NCBI GenBank assembly: GCA_951406725.2
Contig: OX597825.1
Location: forward strand, 37,572,001 to 37,636,000
Length of the DNA: 64,000 nt
Reading direction: 5' to 3'
Origin: Octopus vulgaris
Lineage: Eukaryota
Positions 13,405-26,023 of this stretch are shown piece after piece. A program made the position numbers and the translations under genes. Below the pieces are notes generated by a model. That model had not been told where the DNA came from. It ran no database searches and saw only the letters and a program-made list of their open reading frames with translations. The stretch's first letter is position 1; each line of letters begins with the position of its first letter.

Positions 13405-14870
13405 AAATAAAACCTACGCATAGATTGTCTCTCTATTTCCCCCCTTCCACAAAAAGAATGTCACAGTTACCTAGACATAGCTGAAAAGGTTTTATATGAA
13501 GGCACTGTGAATAAAGATAGATGACCTGAGAATATTACACCAGACTTAAGAAAATACGCAAGTCTTTTCTTACAGCAAAACAATAGCCCAAAATGTATTT
13601 GCAGTACCAGTGCTGATCCCAACATTTGGGATACTTGATCGGTCTGTAGAGGAAATCCAATCCATTATATCAAGATCCGCAAAATCCTGACAACAACTGG
13701 GAACTATCACAGAAACGGTGATGGTGACAAGCTCTACCTAAGAAGAAATAAAGGTGGTAGAAGCCTGAGCTCAGTGCAGACGGCCTTCGAATACCGTATG
13801 GTACCACTCAGGCAGCATCTGCTGAACAACAGTAGCAAAAATAAATATATAAATGCAGTGCTGAAAAGTGAAGCGGGCAACATTGTACAACTTGGCAGTG
13901 AGCTCCTCAAGAAGCACTCTCTTCCTGATGATCTATACAGCCCCCAAACAGCTGGGCTCTCTTACCTCAGAACGGACCTGCATGGAAAGCATTCAGCATA
14001 CAAAAAAAAAGACTACGCATGGGTATGTTTCTCGGAAACTTGAAGAAGAGAGTAGAATAGACGTGATGCGCAGCCTCTCTTGGACACAAGACCACTACAT
14101 CTCCTCACACTTTGAAGGCTATACGTTTACAATCCAGGAACAGGAAATTGCCACAAAGTACCTATTGAGCAAGAGATACAGTGACGCTCTTGCAATCTCA
14201 AGGTGCAATCACATGTGTAGGCTATGTCAAGTTTCTGTGAAAGACATCATGCATGTGATTAGCAGCTGTCCGAAAATGTCGTCGAGATACTACCTCCTTA
14301 TGTGGTACGATGTTGTCGCTAAAACAATTTACAATGGAACACGCAGATAGAAAATCCCTCTGCTATAGAATAGATTCATAAACATCAACTCAAAGAATAC
14401 TGGTGTAATATTCCCATCAAAACCTCTTTTAAATGTAAACATAATAGGTCAGATATTGTTTGGGATAGAGGGGCAAAGGTATGTACCGTCATAGAGGTCA
14501 GCTGCCCTACAGATATAAATATATCTTTGAAAATCAAAGAAAAAGAGGATATCTATACACAATTGTTTCGAAACCTCCAGCTTCTATATCCGGACTATGA
14601 ATTTATATTCATACCAATAATAATTGGAACACTAGGTTTTCTTAGTAAACGCTTAAAGGAGAATCCGGATAAACTGGGATATTCAGAAAGAGAAATAGAC
14701 CGGCTAATTCGTACATTTCAAGTGCAATCTGTGTGTGGAGCAGCAAAAATATGCAAGACTTTTCTCAAGTTCCAAATGTGATTTTTCAGTATTAACTACA
14801 TCCCAATGATGGAGCCTTGTGTCTTTGTTGGAAACAGGTTCCATCCTCAGTGGAAGATTTATAATAATTA
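13405..14870 (+). mobile_element. 5'-truncated R4/Dong-type (RLE) non-LTR retrotransposon: RT thumb, CCHC knuckle, restriction-like endonuclease, 3' UTR; frameshifted
   Basis: Motifs HSYLDIAE (YKYLGI-like), KIRKILTTTGNYHRNGDGDKLYLRRNKGGRSL, THGY, EGYTFTIQEQEIATK, CRLCQVSVKDIMHVISSC, YDVVAKTIY, HNRSDIVWD...IEVSCP, KEKEDIY, IPIIIGTLG. Stop at 14781, then a short UTR ending in ataataat. Confidence 0.9.
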
Positions 14871-15009
14871 AAAAATAGAAGAGACATACGTATATGCACT
14901 TACATATGTGGACAAGCAGATGCATTTCATTGTTTATCGATCTACCCCTTACTTTGTCCGTCCATCTGTCTGTCTATCTAGACAGTTATAGACATATGTT
15001 CTTCCACCA

Positions 15010-15130
15010 AGGCCAGCTTTTTATTTCATCCTTTCGCGGTCGATGACATAAGTACCAGTTAATCACTTGGCTGATATAACTGACTACTCCTGCTCTAAAA
15101 CTTCTGGCCTTGTACCAATTGTAGAAAGGA
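15010..15130 (+). mobile_element. tRNA-SINE (Deu/Nin-like central domain), 5'-truncated
   Basis: tttcatcctttcgcggtcgatgacataagtaccagtt...ctggccttgtaccaattgtagaaagg matches the core and tail of the other copies. Confidence 0.75.
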
Positions 15131-18100
15131 TCAATTAAGACATGTGTAGTATTCGGTTAATCGACCTGGAGCTGAATTCTTAATCTATAATGCTTCTCAT
15201 AAGGAGAAAAACGTGTGCTATTCATTTGATCAATATGGAGCTATGTTCTTAATCTATAATGCTTCTCACAAGTAGTACTCATTGTATCTATAACAATTTC
15301 ACAGTGATAGAACTTTTCCTAGAGGTATATCATTTCCGGTTCATAAAGAATGAAAAATATCTGACGATCAGTTCAAGACATACAGCTGAAGAACTAGTAG
15401 TACATGCAAGGAATACGGAATTAGCGTTTGTCTGGTGCAATTTCTGCCATTGACTGCTTGGTGGATGTCAATTATACATTATTATTGTTTTAGGGAATTG
15501 CCTAATGTTACAATATCTTATTTCTCTGCAACCATAGTGAACTAGGTTTTCTATGCGAAGTCGAAGAAAACACAAGAAAATTATATTCAATGCTGTAAAT
15601 TTTAATGCTGTTTTTGTAAGTACAACCTCAACTTTTAGAACGAAATGTGATTGTGTTAACAGGATCTGTATTGTGTATTACTGGTACTTCTTTCAGCATT
15701 TAAGAGCATAAATATGTTATAGCCGTTTAGCTTTCTATACAACATTAGGCCGTGTGTAAAAAACAAAAACAACAAAAAACTCAATAATGAACAAACGAAC
15801 AGTTGTCTTTGGTATTCAGATATGTGACTCATTTAATGTATATATGCAGGTATAAATAAGTATATATATATATGGATGTGCGTATGTATGTGTACCTATG
15901 TGTGTATATATATATATATACGTGTCTGGATACACACACGCATACACACACACACTCACAAGCACACGTATATAAATGTTTCTGACTGCATTGATATCTT
16001 ATCAATATAAACTTGTCGATTTTCTCTTTTCAGAAAATGATCATAATTTATCAAATATTTCTCTATACTCATTTGAGGGTTCTATTGAATAAAAAAATTG
16101 AACGAAATAAATTTGAAAATTCATAATTGCAATTCAATTCTCACAAGAAATCTACATTTTGCCTGTACGTATAACCTCGTACAGTCGCACGGACACATGC
16201 AGACATCTATAAAGAGAAATTTTCTTTAACTTTCACTACGTATAACTCATTCTCTTACGCTTATACACAATAACCATAAGTGTTTGAACATATATTTTTA
16301 TGGTTTTACGTACGTACAGATATACACACACATACATACATATATGTAAATTTATATGTGTGTGTATATATATATATGTGAGTGTGTGTGTGTGTGTGTA
16401 TAGATATATATATATGTAGATATATACATTGATATATGCATTCATATATACATTATGTGTTGTATACTCGTGTACGTTATATGATAATGTAGTCTTGTTT
16501 ATATAGGAAACACTGATTTAAAAATATTGCTACTATCGTTAGTACAGTGTTCAGCTATCGATACTTATGAAATATTCATCTACATAATAACGATATCTTA
16601 CTCAGCTGATTCAATACTATTGAAGTGTCTCTGATGTTTAAGCTACTTCGTATTTTATTTCTTGTTTAATATCTCATATCTAATAAATCTTGAAAATCAT
16701 AGAAAAACATTGAAAAGAATCTTTCAAATTGTAATATATTTTCAAAAAGTATAAATCAAAATAAAAAAAAAATACAAAATTAAAACGAGCAAAAGAATGA
16801 CTTTTTCTGAAATAATCTGATTAACCCATAATAAGTATACAATTAATTGTAGTTATGTGTGTGAGTAATGAGAGATAGATATAGATGGGGGATAAAAGCT
16901 CTGAAGTAAGTTGTCCTGAAAAAAGGGACTAACAAGTGATAAGAGAGAAGTGTGTATATATGTATCAAAAGCTTGAAACATAGTGTCGTATAACAGAACT
17001 GTTAATCTGAATTTCTTGAGAAAAGACATCATCTGATGAATTAACCATCCTCTTTATGAATACGCAGCTCATTTTTTATAGCTTGTAATATGTATCTAAA
17101 TGTTTAAAGTAGACTTTGGTTTATATTTTGTTAACAATGGACGAAATTTCAGGGTGGTTCTATTATGCTCAAATTTGTATGTATTTTAATTTGTTTGAAG
17201 ACCATGCAGTTTTAATGAGCTGTTTGTGTAAAAATATGAAACTTTTAGCAGTCAATTCTAGCACAGCTGCCCCAAGTGTATTGAAGGCTTTCACTTACCC
17301 TCGGAACACCCATAGAAAATCATATTTTCACGAAAAAAAATATCAGAGAAGTGCGCAAATGCATGACAACAAAATCTACTTAAAAAATTAATAAATCATT
17401 ACAGGTGTGTATATGTGTGCGCGCTTGTGTGTTTATATGGGGAGGGAAGGGTGATTGTACGGGAATATGATTAGGATTATGTATTCTTGCACAAACTAAT
17501 TTGAGGGTTTGCATTGAAATAATGTCAAAAAGTAACTTAGCCATGCGATGAAGAGAAAGAAGTAAAATAAGTACAGAGGTCAATATGATTCGCGTAAAAA
17601 AGCTGAGGCTTCTTCTGTAGTATATTTCCTGAGAAAGTCTGAGTGAAACTATAAAATATCAAAATATTTTCTATGGACGTCGGTCAGAATTTCCGACTAT
17701 GAGTTTACACTTGATTGGCCACTCTACTACCAGGCTTATTCAATTACTTTTGTTTTATCATTTATGTTCAACAGACACGTGTATCCTCAACATAGTCTGC
17801 AGTTGGAATCAATTTGGCTCAGAGTAACAGAACTTTCACGCCCTTATAGTTTTTAGTTCCGAATAAATTCCATCGGAAGATCGGAAGGTCTTTCCCACAT
17901 TTCTGTGTATTCAATTTTATTCAAAAATTATTGATCAACGCGAAGTTATACAACAAAAAAAAGAAAGACATTTGTCTGAGAATCCACAAGAGGGCATCGA
18001 AACCGAGAAGTTGTGATTCGGAGGTAACTTGTCAGTCATTTGGTCATACTGAGTCATCGCACATATACAAACTCATAACCGCACATGAAATGTAGTAATG

Positions 18101-18457
18101 CAGAATTTGCTCTCTATTATAGAAATACTTCTCAGTTATTTTGGGTATGTAACACAGTAATTTACACATCCAGGTGAACTTAGGAAATAAGTTCTGAGAG
18201 GCGATCGATGGACTGTCACTTACAGTCTCTTGTCCATATGAGCCAAACAAAATTCTATGCAAAGACTAATGTCATATGTTTTGAGTATTATATTTTTTTT
18301 ATCAATAATTGCGCTTTTCAATTTTGATGTATACTGATACGCACTTACACAGACACACTCATGTAAGCACACCCATCCATATGCACATACAAATATGAGT
18401 ATATACATGCATATCTGAACAGCAGTAGTAAAATGATATATTTAGACACTACGAATT

Positions 18458-18659
18458 ATTCTTTTGTACTCTAGGCACAAGGGAGGGAGCCGGTCGATTA
18501 GACTGACCCCAGTACGCAACTGGTACTTAATTTATCAACCCCGAAAGGATGAAGGGCAAAGTCGACTTCGGCGTAATTCGAACTCAGAACGTAGCAGCAG
18601 ACGAAATACTGCTAAGCATTTCGCTCGGCGTGATAACGTTGCTGCCAGCTCGCCGCCTT
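18458..18659 (-). mobile_element. Full-length tRNA-derived SINE, tail type A (ccttgtgcctagagta)
   Basis: Head ggcggcgagctggcag, B box gagttcgaatt, core gtcgactttgcccttcatcctttcggggttgataaattaagtaccag. Confidence 0.9.
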
Positions 18660-19964
18660 ACACTTGTGAATTATTACTAAAACTATGACCGTCTCAAGGA
18701 ATCGAGGATGACTTGGCAGCATGCATCAAGATGTCATTGAATCTTTACGTGCTTCGGCAATGGAGAAGGTGAGGGGTGAAAGTGACTGGGAGAGAGAATG
18801 TGAGAAGGAGAGACAAGAAGAAAAAGAGTAGAGAGAAAGACCCTCTTGAACGTGTTGCACTTGATCCAGAGGAACATTATGAATGAAGGCAACAGCAATA
18901 AACTAACACATACATATGCACACACACGTGTGTATGTATGTATGTATGTATGTATGTATGTATGTGCATCTGTGTGTCTGTATGTGTACGTGCATGAGAT
19001 AGAGGGGAAGAGAAAGAAAAAGAAACGGGGAAAGATGCAGTGTATGTACATAACTGAATATATTTTACTAATATATATCTACGAAGGATAGATTATTATC
19101 CGAGAAGCTCAGAAAAGACTCCGAGTTTTGCGAATGTATTCGTTTGAGATATCTGATTTGTATCGACTTGAATACTTCTTTACATGATACTGTCGTCGTC
19201 CAAGGATTCGCTCATTCGAAATCTACATCGAGGCTGCTGTTCAAAGTTTAGACATACAAAATAAATCTATTTTTCTGCTATTTATCCTGTGTTACATTTA
19301 TCTTCACAAGATATTTCGTTAGTGATTTACAGCAGCAAGACAGGTTACGCTCCATGTATAAATATTAAATATAATACTCTATATATTCTAATGTCCAAGT
19401 AGCAAACCGACCAGTAACCTGGCAATCAATAGATCCGGCTCTTTTCTATCTCAAATTGGTATATAATCAATTCATATAAATTTATCCGTATCAATTTCAT
19501 TATATATTGCTTCCTCTCAAAGAAATGAATTGGTGTATAGCCGATTCATATAAATTTACCATATCTGTGATATTTTCAGCTATACAGTTTAAAAGAGAGG
19601 CTACACCTGACAGTTACAAATTTTAAAATAACTATGACCGGTGTCTGCATCCATTCTTCCATAAAGCACTAAATATTTTAGTTTATATTTATAATATAAA
19701 GTAAGAACTATTGAATGTAAACTGTATGAAATGCTTCAGAACTTTTGTTGTTTTTGTTTTACGCTATCAAATCCAACATCAAAGGTGGATTGAATTATCA
19801 AGTACATAAGAGTGAGGAAATATATCTACAGCTTTTTATTTTTTCGTAAAGGACAAAGTATGTTCTGGTATGAAGTGCTAGATAAAGCTAGGCCTCATTC
19901 TTAGTATGCCAATAACTTATCACAAAATTATTGATTCAAAGGAAAGAAACTGCATGGGGTATAA

Positions 19965-20105
19965 CAGTGGCTATGTACTTGAGTAGTACGTTTCCCAACC
20001 ATGCAGCTTCGCCTTATGTTTCTCTGCAGGGCACCTTAGTCAAACATCTTGCACAACAATTCAGTTGACCAATGACTTCTAATTGAATTGGGCAGAGGAA
20101 TCGGT
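19965..20105 (+). mobile_element. Second tRNA-SINE family (gtggctgtgtggtaag...cccaaccacatgg head), degenerate
   Basis: cagtggctatgtacttgagtagtacgtttcccaaccatg...ggcaccttagtcaa; related pieces at about 25125-25440, 39160-39210, 55640-55795 and 63380-63480. Confidence 0.55.
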
Positions 20106-20322
20106 GCACGTTTGTGTGTGATTGATTAAATATAAGACTGCGCTCAAGTTCTATGTTTTTTTTGTATCAAATTCTCACATTTTCTTATTACTGTTTCCCG
20201 TGACAAACGGTATATTTCCCTGTAGAACAGCTACTTTACTAGACATTTCCCCTCAATGTTAAGCACGAAAATGGCTGTAGTCCAATAACTAAGAAAGGTG
20301 AAAATATAAAATTTTTTTAAAT

Positions 20323-20531
20323 ATTCCTTTCTACTCTAGGCACCAGGCCCGAAATATTTGGAGAGAGGGCCTAGATCGATCCAGTAAGCAACTGGCAATT
20401 AATTTATCGACCCTGAAAGGATGAAAGCCAAAGTCAACCTCGGCTGAATTTGAACTCAGCACGCAAAAACAGACGTAATATCGCTAAGCATTTCTCCCGG
20501 CGCGCTAACGTTTCTGCCACCTCGCCGCCTT
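20323..20531 (-). mobile_element. Full-length tRNA-derived SINE, tail type A
   Basis: Same head, core and tail as 18458-18659. Confidence 0.9.
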
Positions 20532-20914
20532 AAAAATCTTAGTAATAAAGATAAATGAACGTTTGAATTTCAGTTTTCAATGTTCAAATTTAGTAGGAAC
20601 TGGAAAGTAGGATTAACATTGTTGACATTTTATTATAACGAAAAGACATACATTAAAGCATGCGTTTAAATTTTGGCTTCTAACGCTGACCTCAATGTTG
20701 CTAGTGATATTTTGAGAAGCTAAAGAAATATGTAAAACTTCTTTCGACTTGAAAAATGATCCAGTTGTTATTCTTTGATCTGGGATCAACACTAACCGAG
20801 CAGACATATGATCAGGTGTGTTCCAGAGTGACAATTTTCTCTATTTTGGAATATATTATACAATGTGTCATTATCTACATTTGACGGATATTTGTTCCCA
20901 TTTTGTTTGTTGTT

Positions 20915-20960
20915 AACACAACGTTTCGGCTGATATACCCTCCAGCCTTCTTCAGGTGTG
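20915..20960 (-). ncRNA. Minimal type I hammerhead ribozyme motif in the Penelope pseudo-LTR
   Basis: Minus strand acac-CTGAAGA-a-GGCTG(gagggtatat)CAGCC-GAAAC-GTT-gtgt: conserved core, 5-bp stem II, palindromic AACGTT stem III, 4-bp stem I. PLE pLTRs are known to carry such motifs. Confidence 0.75.
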
Positions 20961-21007
20961 TTGGGTTCTCATTCCTAAGGTACTTTTGAAGTTGTTATTA
21001 TTACTCA

Positions 21008-21080
21008 GGTTACTACCTGGAATCGGACTTGGAATCTTAGGGTTAGTAGCCCGCGCTCTTAACCACTACGCCTTTTGCTC
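21008..21080 (-). other. tRNA-like segment (Pol III A and B boxes) inside the Penelope 3' region; not a functional tRNA gene
   Basis: ggcgTAGTGGTTAAGagcgcGGGCTACTAACCCtaagattccaaGTCCGATTCCaggtagtaacc. The plus-arm counterpart at 22242-22285 has GTTCGATTGC and has lost the anticodon arm. Confidence 0.7.
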
Positions 21081-21708
21081 GTGAGCAATTATGAGTGAAT
21101 TTTAAGGACTTATAAATCTAATATTTCCTATCCTTCCTTAATATCGGTTCCCTAATGCTATTCATATCTGCACTCGGTCAGCTTAGGAGGTTGTTGCGTC
21201 CTATCATATGTGCTGTTTCTTTTAGTTTACGTATTTTCCTGTGGTGTTCTCTGTCTATTATTTTAATTTCATCCCACAGGAGGAGGTGGTCTCCATTTTT
21301 CTATATATGATCAGCTATACCCGATTTATCAATATCTCCTCGTGTCACAGCTTTGCGATATTCTTCTACCATTATTTTGAGGGTGCGGCATATATCGCCT
21401 TTGTATAACTTTCCACAGCTGCATGGGATGGTTTTACCCGACGGAGATATTTGCGAAGTGTTGTACTACTCTTGAATACTGTCCTGATGTCATATGGGCT
21501 GCATATCTTTTGTATCTTTTCGGATAGAGTAGACAGACTGTAAAGAGTTTATTGATTTCATCCTCTCTTTTCTTCATAATTGGAGTAAATAATATGTTTT
21601 TGGGGTAGTTGTTGCTTAATGTATGGTTACTGAGTTTGTTCATTTCTTCGTGGTGGGTATCACGATCGCTGCTTATAATCTTTACTCCAATTATGAAGAA
21701 AAGAGAGG

Positions 21709-22047
21709 ATGAAACAAGTAAACTGTCTAGTCTGTCTACTCGATGTGAAAGGCTTCCCCGAAAAGATACAAAATATATGCACTCCATATGACATCAGGAC
21801 AGTATTCAAGAGTAATACAACACATCGCAAATATCTCCTTCGGGCAAACCCACCAATAGAACAGAATATGACCAAAAACTGCGTGTACCCCATCCCATGC
21901 AGCTGTGGTAGGTTATACAAAGGCGATACATGCCACATCCTCAAAATAAGGATAGAGGAATATCGTAAAGCCGTGACACGAGGAGATATTGATAAATCAG
22001 GTATAGCTGATCATATATGGAAAAATGGAGACCACCTCCCCCAGTAG
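21709..22047 (+). pseudogene. Penelope GIY-YIG endonuclease domain remnant
   Basis: NCVYPIPCSCGRLYKGDT..L..RIEE matches PLE 'VVY.IPC..C...YIGET.R.L..R..EH'. Premature TAG at 22045 where the other arm has TGG. Confidence 0.85.
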
Positions 22048-23789
22048 GATGGATTTAAAACAATAGACAGATAACACCACTGGAAAATACGAAAACCAAA
22101 AGAAGCAGCACATATAGTTGGATCAACAACCGCCTAAGCAGATTGAGTGCAGATATGAATAGTTTATGGGAAACAGTATTAAGGAAGGAAGGGAAAATAT
22201 TAGATTTATAAGCCCTAAAAATTCACTCCATAATTGCCCACGGGTATATGGCGTAGTGGTTAAGTTCGATTGCAGGCAGTGACCTGAATAATAATAATAA
22301 TAATAATAACAATAATAATAATAATAATAATAATATTAATAATAATAATATCGAAAAATACCTTAGGAATGAGAACCCACGTTCGAAATTTTCCCAAGAC
22401 ACCCGATGAAGGCTGGAGGGTGTTAACAACAAATATCCGTCAAATGTAAATAATGTAAATAATGTACATAATTCCTCATCTCTTGAATATAGAACTGTAT
22501 TACAATGCGTCATTTCTTGAAATGCTAGACTCAGCACGTCACACGTTTTACCATTAGCATTTCACTCTGTTGGAAGATATTTGTGCAAGCTGTCTGATCT
22601 GGGGATAACTGTTCCCTTTCCTGTCACCTTTCACTGTAAAAAGAGTATTAATGCTACCCCTCCGCATTTGACTATATCATATAAAATTGTAGATTGTTGT
22701 AAGAGGCTGATTTGTTTCTATTACGAGCGGGTCGAATGATAACGTAGAGTCTTTCTTCTGAGTCATAAAAGCTACTACAGTATCTACAGGTGTCAATGTC
22801 GAGCGACTACTAAATGCTTGTAATAAATTATAACATATTGATTTTCCTTGCTACTACTACTGATCATTTATAGAGAGTTTCAGAAATGAATATCTGAAAA
22901 AGCAAGTGAAAGTAACAACGTCATAACTCTTTGGTTCTAGAAATATATGTTGTGTCTCAAAAAATAGGTAATATCTATGCTGTCAATTCATATATTATTA
23001 TATTCCATTGATTCGTATTTCCTATACAAATTTTTCTTCGAAGATTCATGTATGGATGTTTCCATATTCGCTTTCATGTGGTCTTGTCATCAGAATCTAT
23101 TACATGCCGAAAGATGTAGGCATTTTCTTTTTAAAGATTTATACATGATTTCTTATAAAATGATCTTGAATGAGCATCTATGTATCCATCTGTCTATACG
23201 CACAAATGCCCACACACTCACACAAACAGGCACACACACATACACCCCTCGTATATAAACAGACACCCTGAGATCATATATATATATATATATAGATATC
23301 GTTGCTATTATCTTAAAATGTCGTATATCCAAATTCGCCCAAATGCATATTTTTTTTTTTGCAATAACCGGTTCTTTTGCTCAAACTATCGCATCTCCAG
23401 CTGGTTCAGATGCCAATATACCAAAAATTTTCAACGTGTCGTACAACGGTTTTGCTATGGAATAGTGAAACTTTTGTTTCGTTTTCCGAAAAAGCAACGT
23501 TTTGGACTGATGACACTATTACATAATAGCAACGACACACACACACACACACACACACAGACGCAAACACACATACACGCACACACACATATATCTAAAT
23601 ATGCATATAGATAGGCAAACAGAGAGTGAGAGGGAGGGAGAGAGGAAAGGATATATATGTATATATGTACGGAAAGAGAGAGTGAGAGGGATGGAGAGAG
23701 GGAGAGAGAAAGGGATATATATATACGTATAGACAGATAGATATATCGATAGTTAGATAGATAGATAAATAGTAAACGATACCTAATTC

Positions 23790-24130
23790 TCCCACTTGTG
23801 GGTTTTCCAATGTCCTGTAGCCGAAATCATCACCATGTCCCTGGCTTGGAAGGCTACGTGATTGTCCACAGTGCAACCCCAGCTTCCAGGCCGAAGTGGT
23901 GGCTTACTCTCTTTTTGTGGACTTCTTCTGATGTGGGTGCCCTACCGTACCGTTTGTTATTGCAGGCAAGCTTAATATTTGTATCATCAGACATCGATGG
24001 GCCGTTAACTAGAAAGAGAGTTGCAAGGCAGACTCATCAGCGACCATGCTCGTTACATTCTTGCACACCGATTGGTATTTGAAGTGGCGGCCCAGTGAAG
24101 CAATCTAATGGACGACGAACCTAACTGCCT
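23790..24130 (-). mobile_element. Possible very old LINE AP-endonuclease fragment
   Basis: GC-richer island; the minus strand gives IGVQEC and YGRAPTSEE, weakly resembling the APE 'QE' and 'YAPT' motifs. Confidence 0.25.
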
Positions 24131-24148
24131 AACTCATCGTTCGGTTTA

Positions 24149-24672
24149 CAACAGCGTCGACCTACGACTGACAGCCGACAACGATATATAATTCTTACGT
24201 GAGAAACTTTACAGTCGATCAAAGAAGATATAATTTCTTCTAATTCAAACGATCTACTCTATTAGACACTATGTCATACTAACTCTGCCTGAGAGTAATG
24301 TTATAGGAAAAATTCACTGCGGAATATTCAGCCACATACTATATAATTGCAAGCGTTGGAAACCATCTTGATCGACCTACTGCGATGCATTTTGTCTTAA
24401 GAGACAGTGGCTCCACTTATATTCAATGTATATGAATCTTGAATACACAATGGAAAAAAAAACCAATACGAAATAAATGAGTCGGTGACTGTTTCGTATT
24501 TGTCAATTAAAATATTCTTGTCACTGCGGGTGTCTATGTGATATAGACTCCAAAATATATCTCTATATTTTCTCTGTCTCTCTCTCTCCGTCTCTATTTA
24601 TCTACCTACCTCGTATTTTGCTTTCCTTCTTCTACGTTCTGTACCTGTCTTTCTTGTATATTCGTCTATATA
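24149..24672 (+). repeat. Copy 1 of a roughly 520-bp local direct duplication (copy 2 at 26024-26535)
   Basis: caacagcgtcgacctacgactgacagccgacaacgatatataattcttacg...gtacctgtctttcttgtatat is near-identical at a start offset of 1875 bp. Confidence 0.95.
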
Positions 24673-25613
24673 CGTCAGTATCTATCTAAGCAGGCACACA
24701 CATACAACCACGCACGCACAGCTGTGCATGTACACGAACACACACTCATATGTAATTAAACGCCTACACACCCACGCATATACTTATGCCAACAGAAAAT
24801 ATTCTGAATCTCAATAAATGTGGAACTCGTGAAATGCAATTTCAATATTCACCGAATAACGCACCAAAAGTTCTACAAGAGAATATAATTTGAGTGAACG
24901 CTGTCTGCCCATTAGAAAGGAGCACAACTATTGAAGGGGATTGAAGTGTCCGAAAATCATTCTTGATATCCAGCCTCTACTACTATTATATATATATACT
25001 TACACACACACACACACACACACGCACACACACACGCACACAAACACACACACATATATATATATGTATGTATGTATGTATGTATATATATATATATATA
25101 TATAAATATAAAGGCATATTTGTTTTGTAAGAAGATTAAAGCTCATCCACATGGTTTAGGGTTCGGTTGCATCTTGGGTAAATGTAATCTAAAATAGTTC
25201 CGATCAATCGAAAGATTTTAAGTAGATTTTCGATAGTGAAATTGAAAGTGGGTATATGTGTACTTGTCCCTAATCTACTTGCGAACTCGTGTTGGTGTGT
25301 TTATGTTCCCGTAACATACAGGTGCAACAAAACTACCAGGTATACCAATCAGTAAGTGGAGAAGCAGTTTGTTCTACTAAGCCCTTTGAGGCAGTCTCCT
25401 ACCATGCCCGTACTTCAGTGGCTGAAACTGGTGAAAAATGCATTTTCATATATATGTATTTACCTATATGTATAATTACTTTCTAGGTTAATCACGCTAC
25501 AATCGCTTTCATGCAGACATTCTCAGCAGCAATACATTGGTAGTGGTTTTACCATGCAAATAAAAGAATATCTATCTACCAATACGTGTTGAGCACTCAT
25601 TCTCGATATTTGT

Positions 25614-25701
<88 letters not shown>

Positions 25702-25894
25702 TGTAATATGTATTCTAATCAGCTGTACTATTCGTTAGAATCTGAGTATTTTCATTTTCAGGATGCCGAGAAAAGATAGCGTATCATATTCAAGTAGACG
25801 TATCATATACATACATACGTATCTCGCTATATTTGGATATATACGAAATCATTCATATATACATACTTAGAAACATACACACATACCTATATAC

Positions 25895-25964
<70 letters not shown>

Positions 25965-26023
25965 CGATTGACCATTCCTTGTTTTCTCTGTATCGTCTAT
26001 CTGGATGTTTTGCGTTCTTGTCC

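Larger units (their letters stand above)
20873..22500. mobile_element. Penelope-like element, inverted dimer of the 3' (GIY-YIG plus pseudo-LTR) region, flanked by a 14-bp TSD
   Basis: Arms about 20869-21589 (minus) and 21681-22455 (plus) are reverse complements. TSD tacaatgtgtcatt (20859-20872) / tacaatgcgtcatt (22501-22514). The plus arm encodes KNCVYPIPCSCGRLYKGDTCHILKIRIEEY. Confidence 0.9.

Noticed and set aside
15168-15269. Direct repeat of about 32 bp (ttcttaatctataatgcttctca)
   Set aside because: A small local duplication with no further structure.
17299-17376. Candidate minus-strand exon with a strong GAGG|GTAAGT donor
   Set aside because: The phase-1 frame from the nearest AG hits a stop, and there is no Ig or linker similarity.
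21008-21080. Functional tRNA-Ser(ACT) gene
   Set aside because: Acceptor and T stems pair poorly, there is no long variable arm, and it is embedded in a retroelement.
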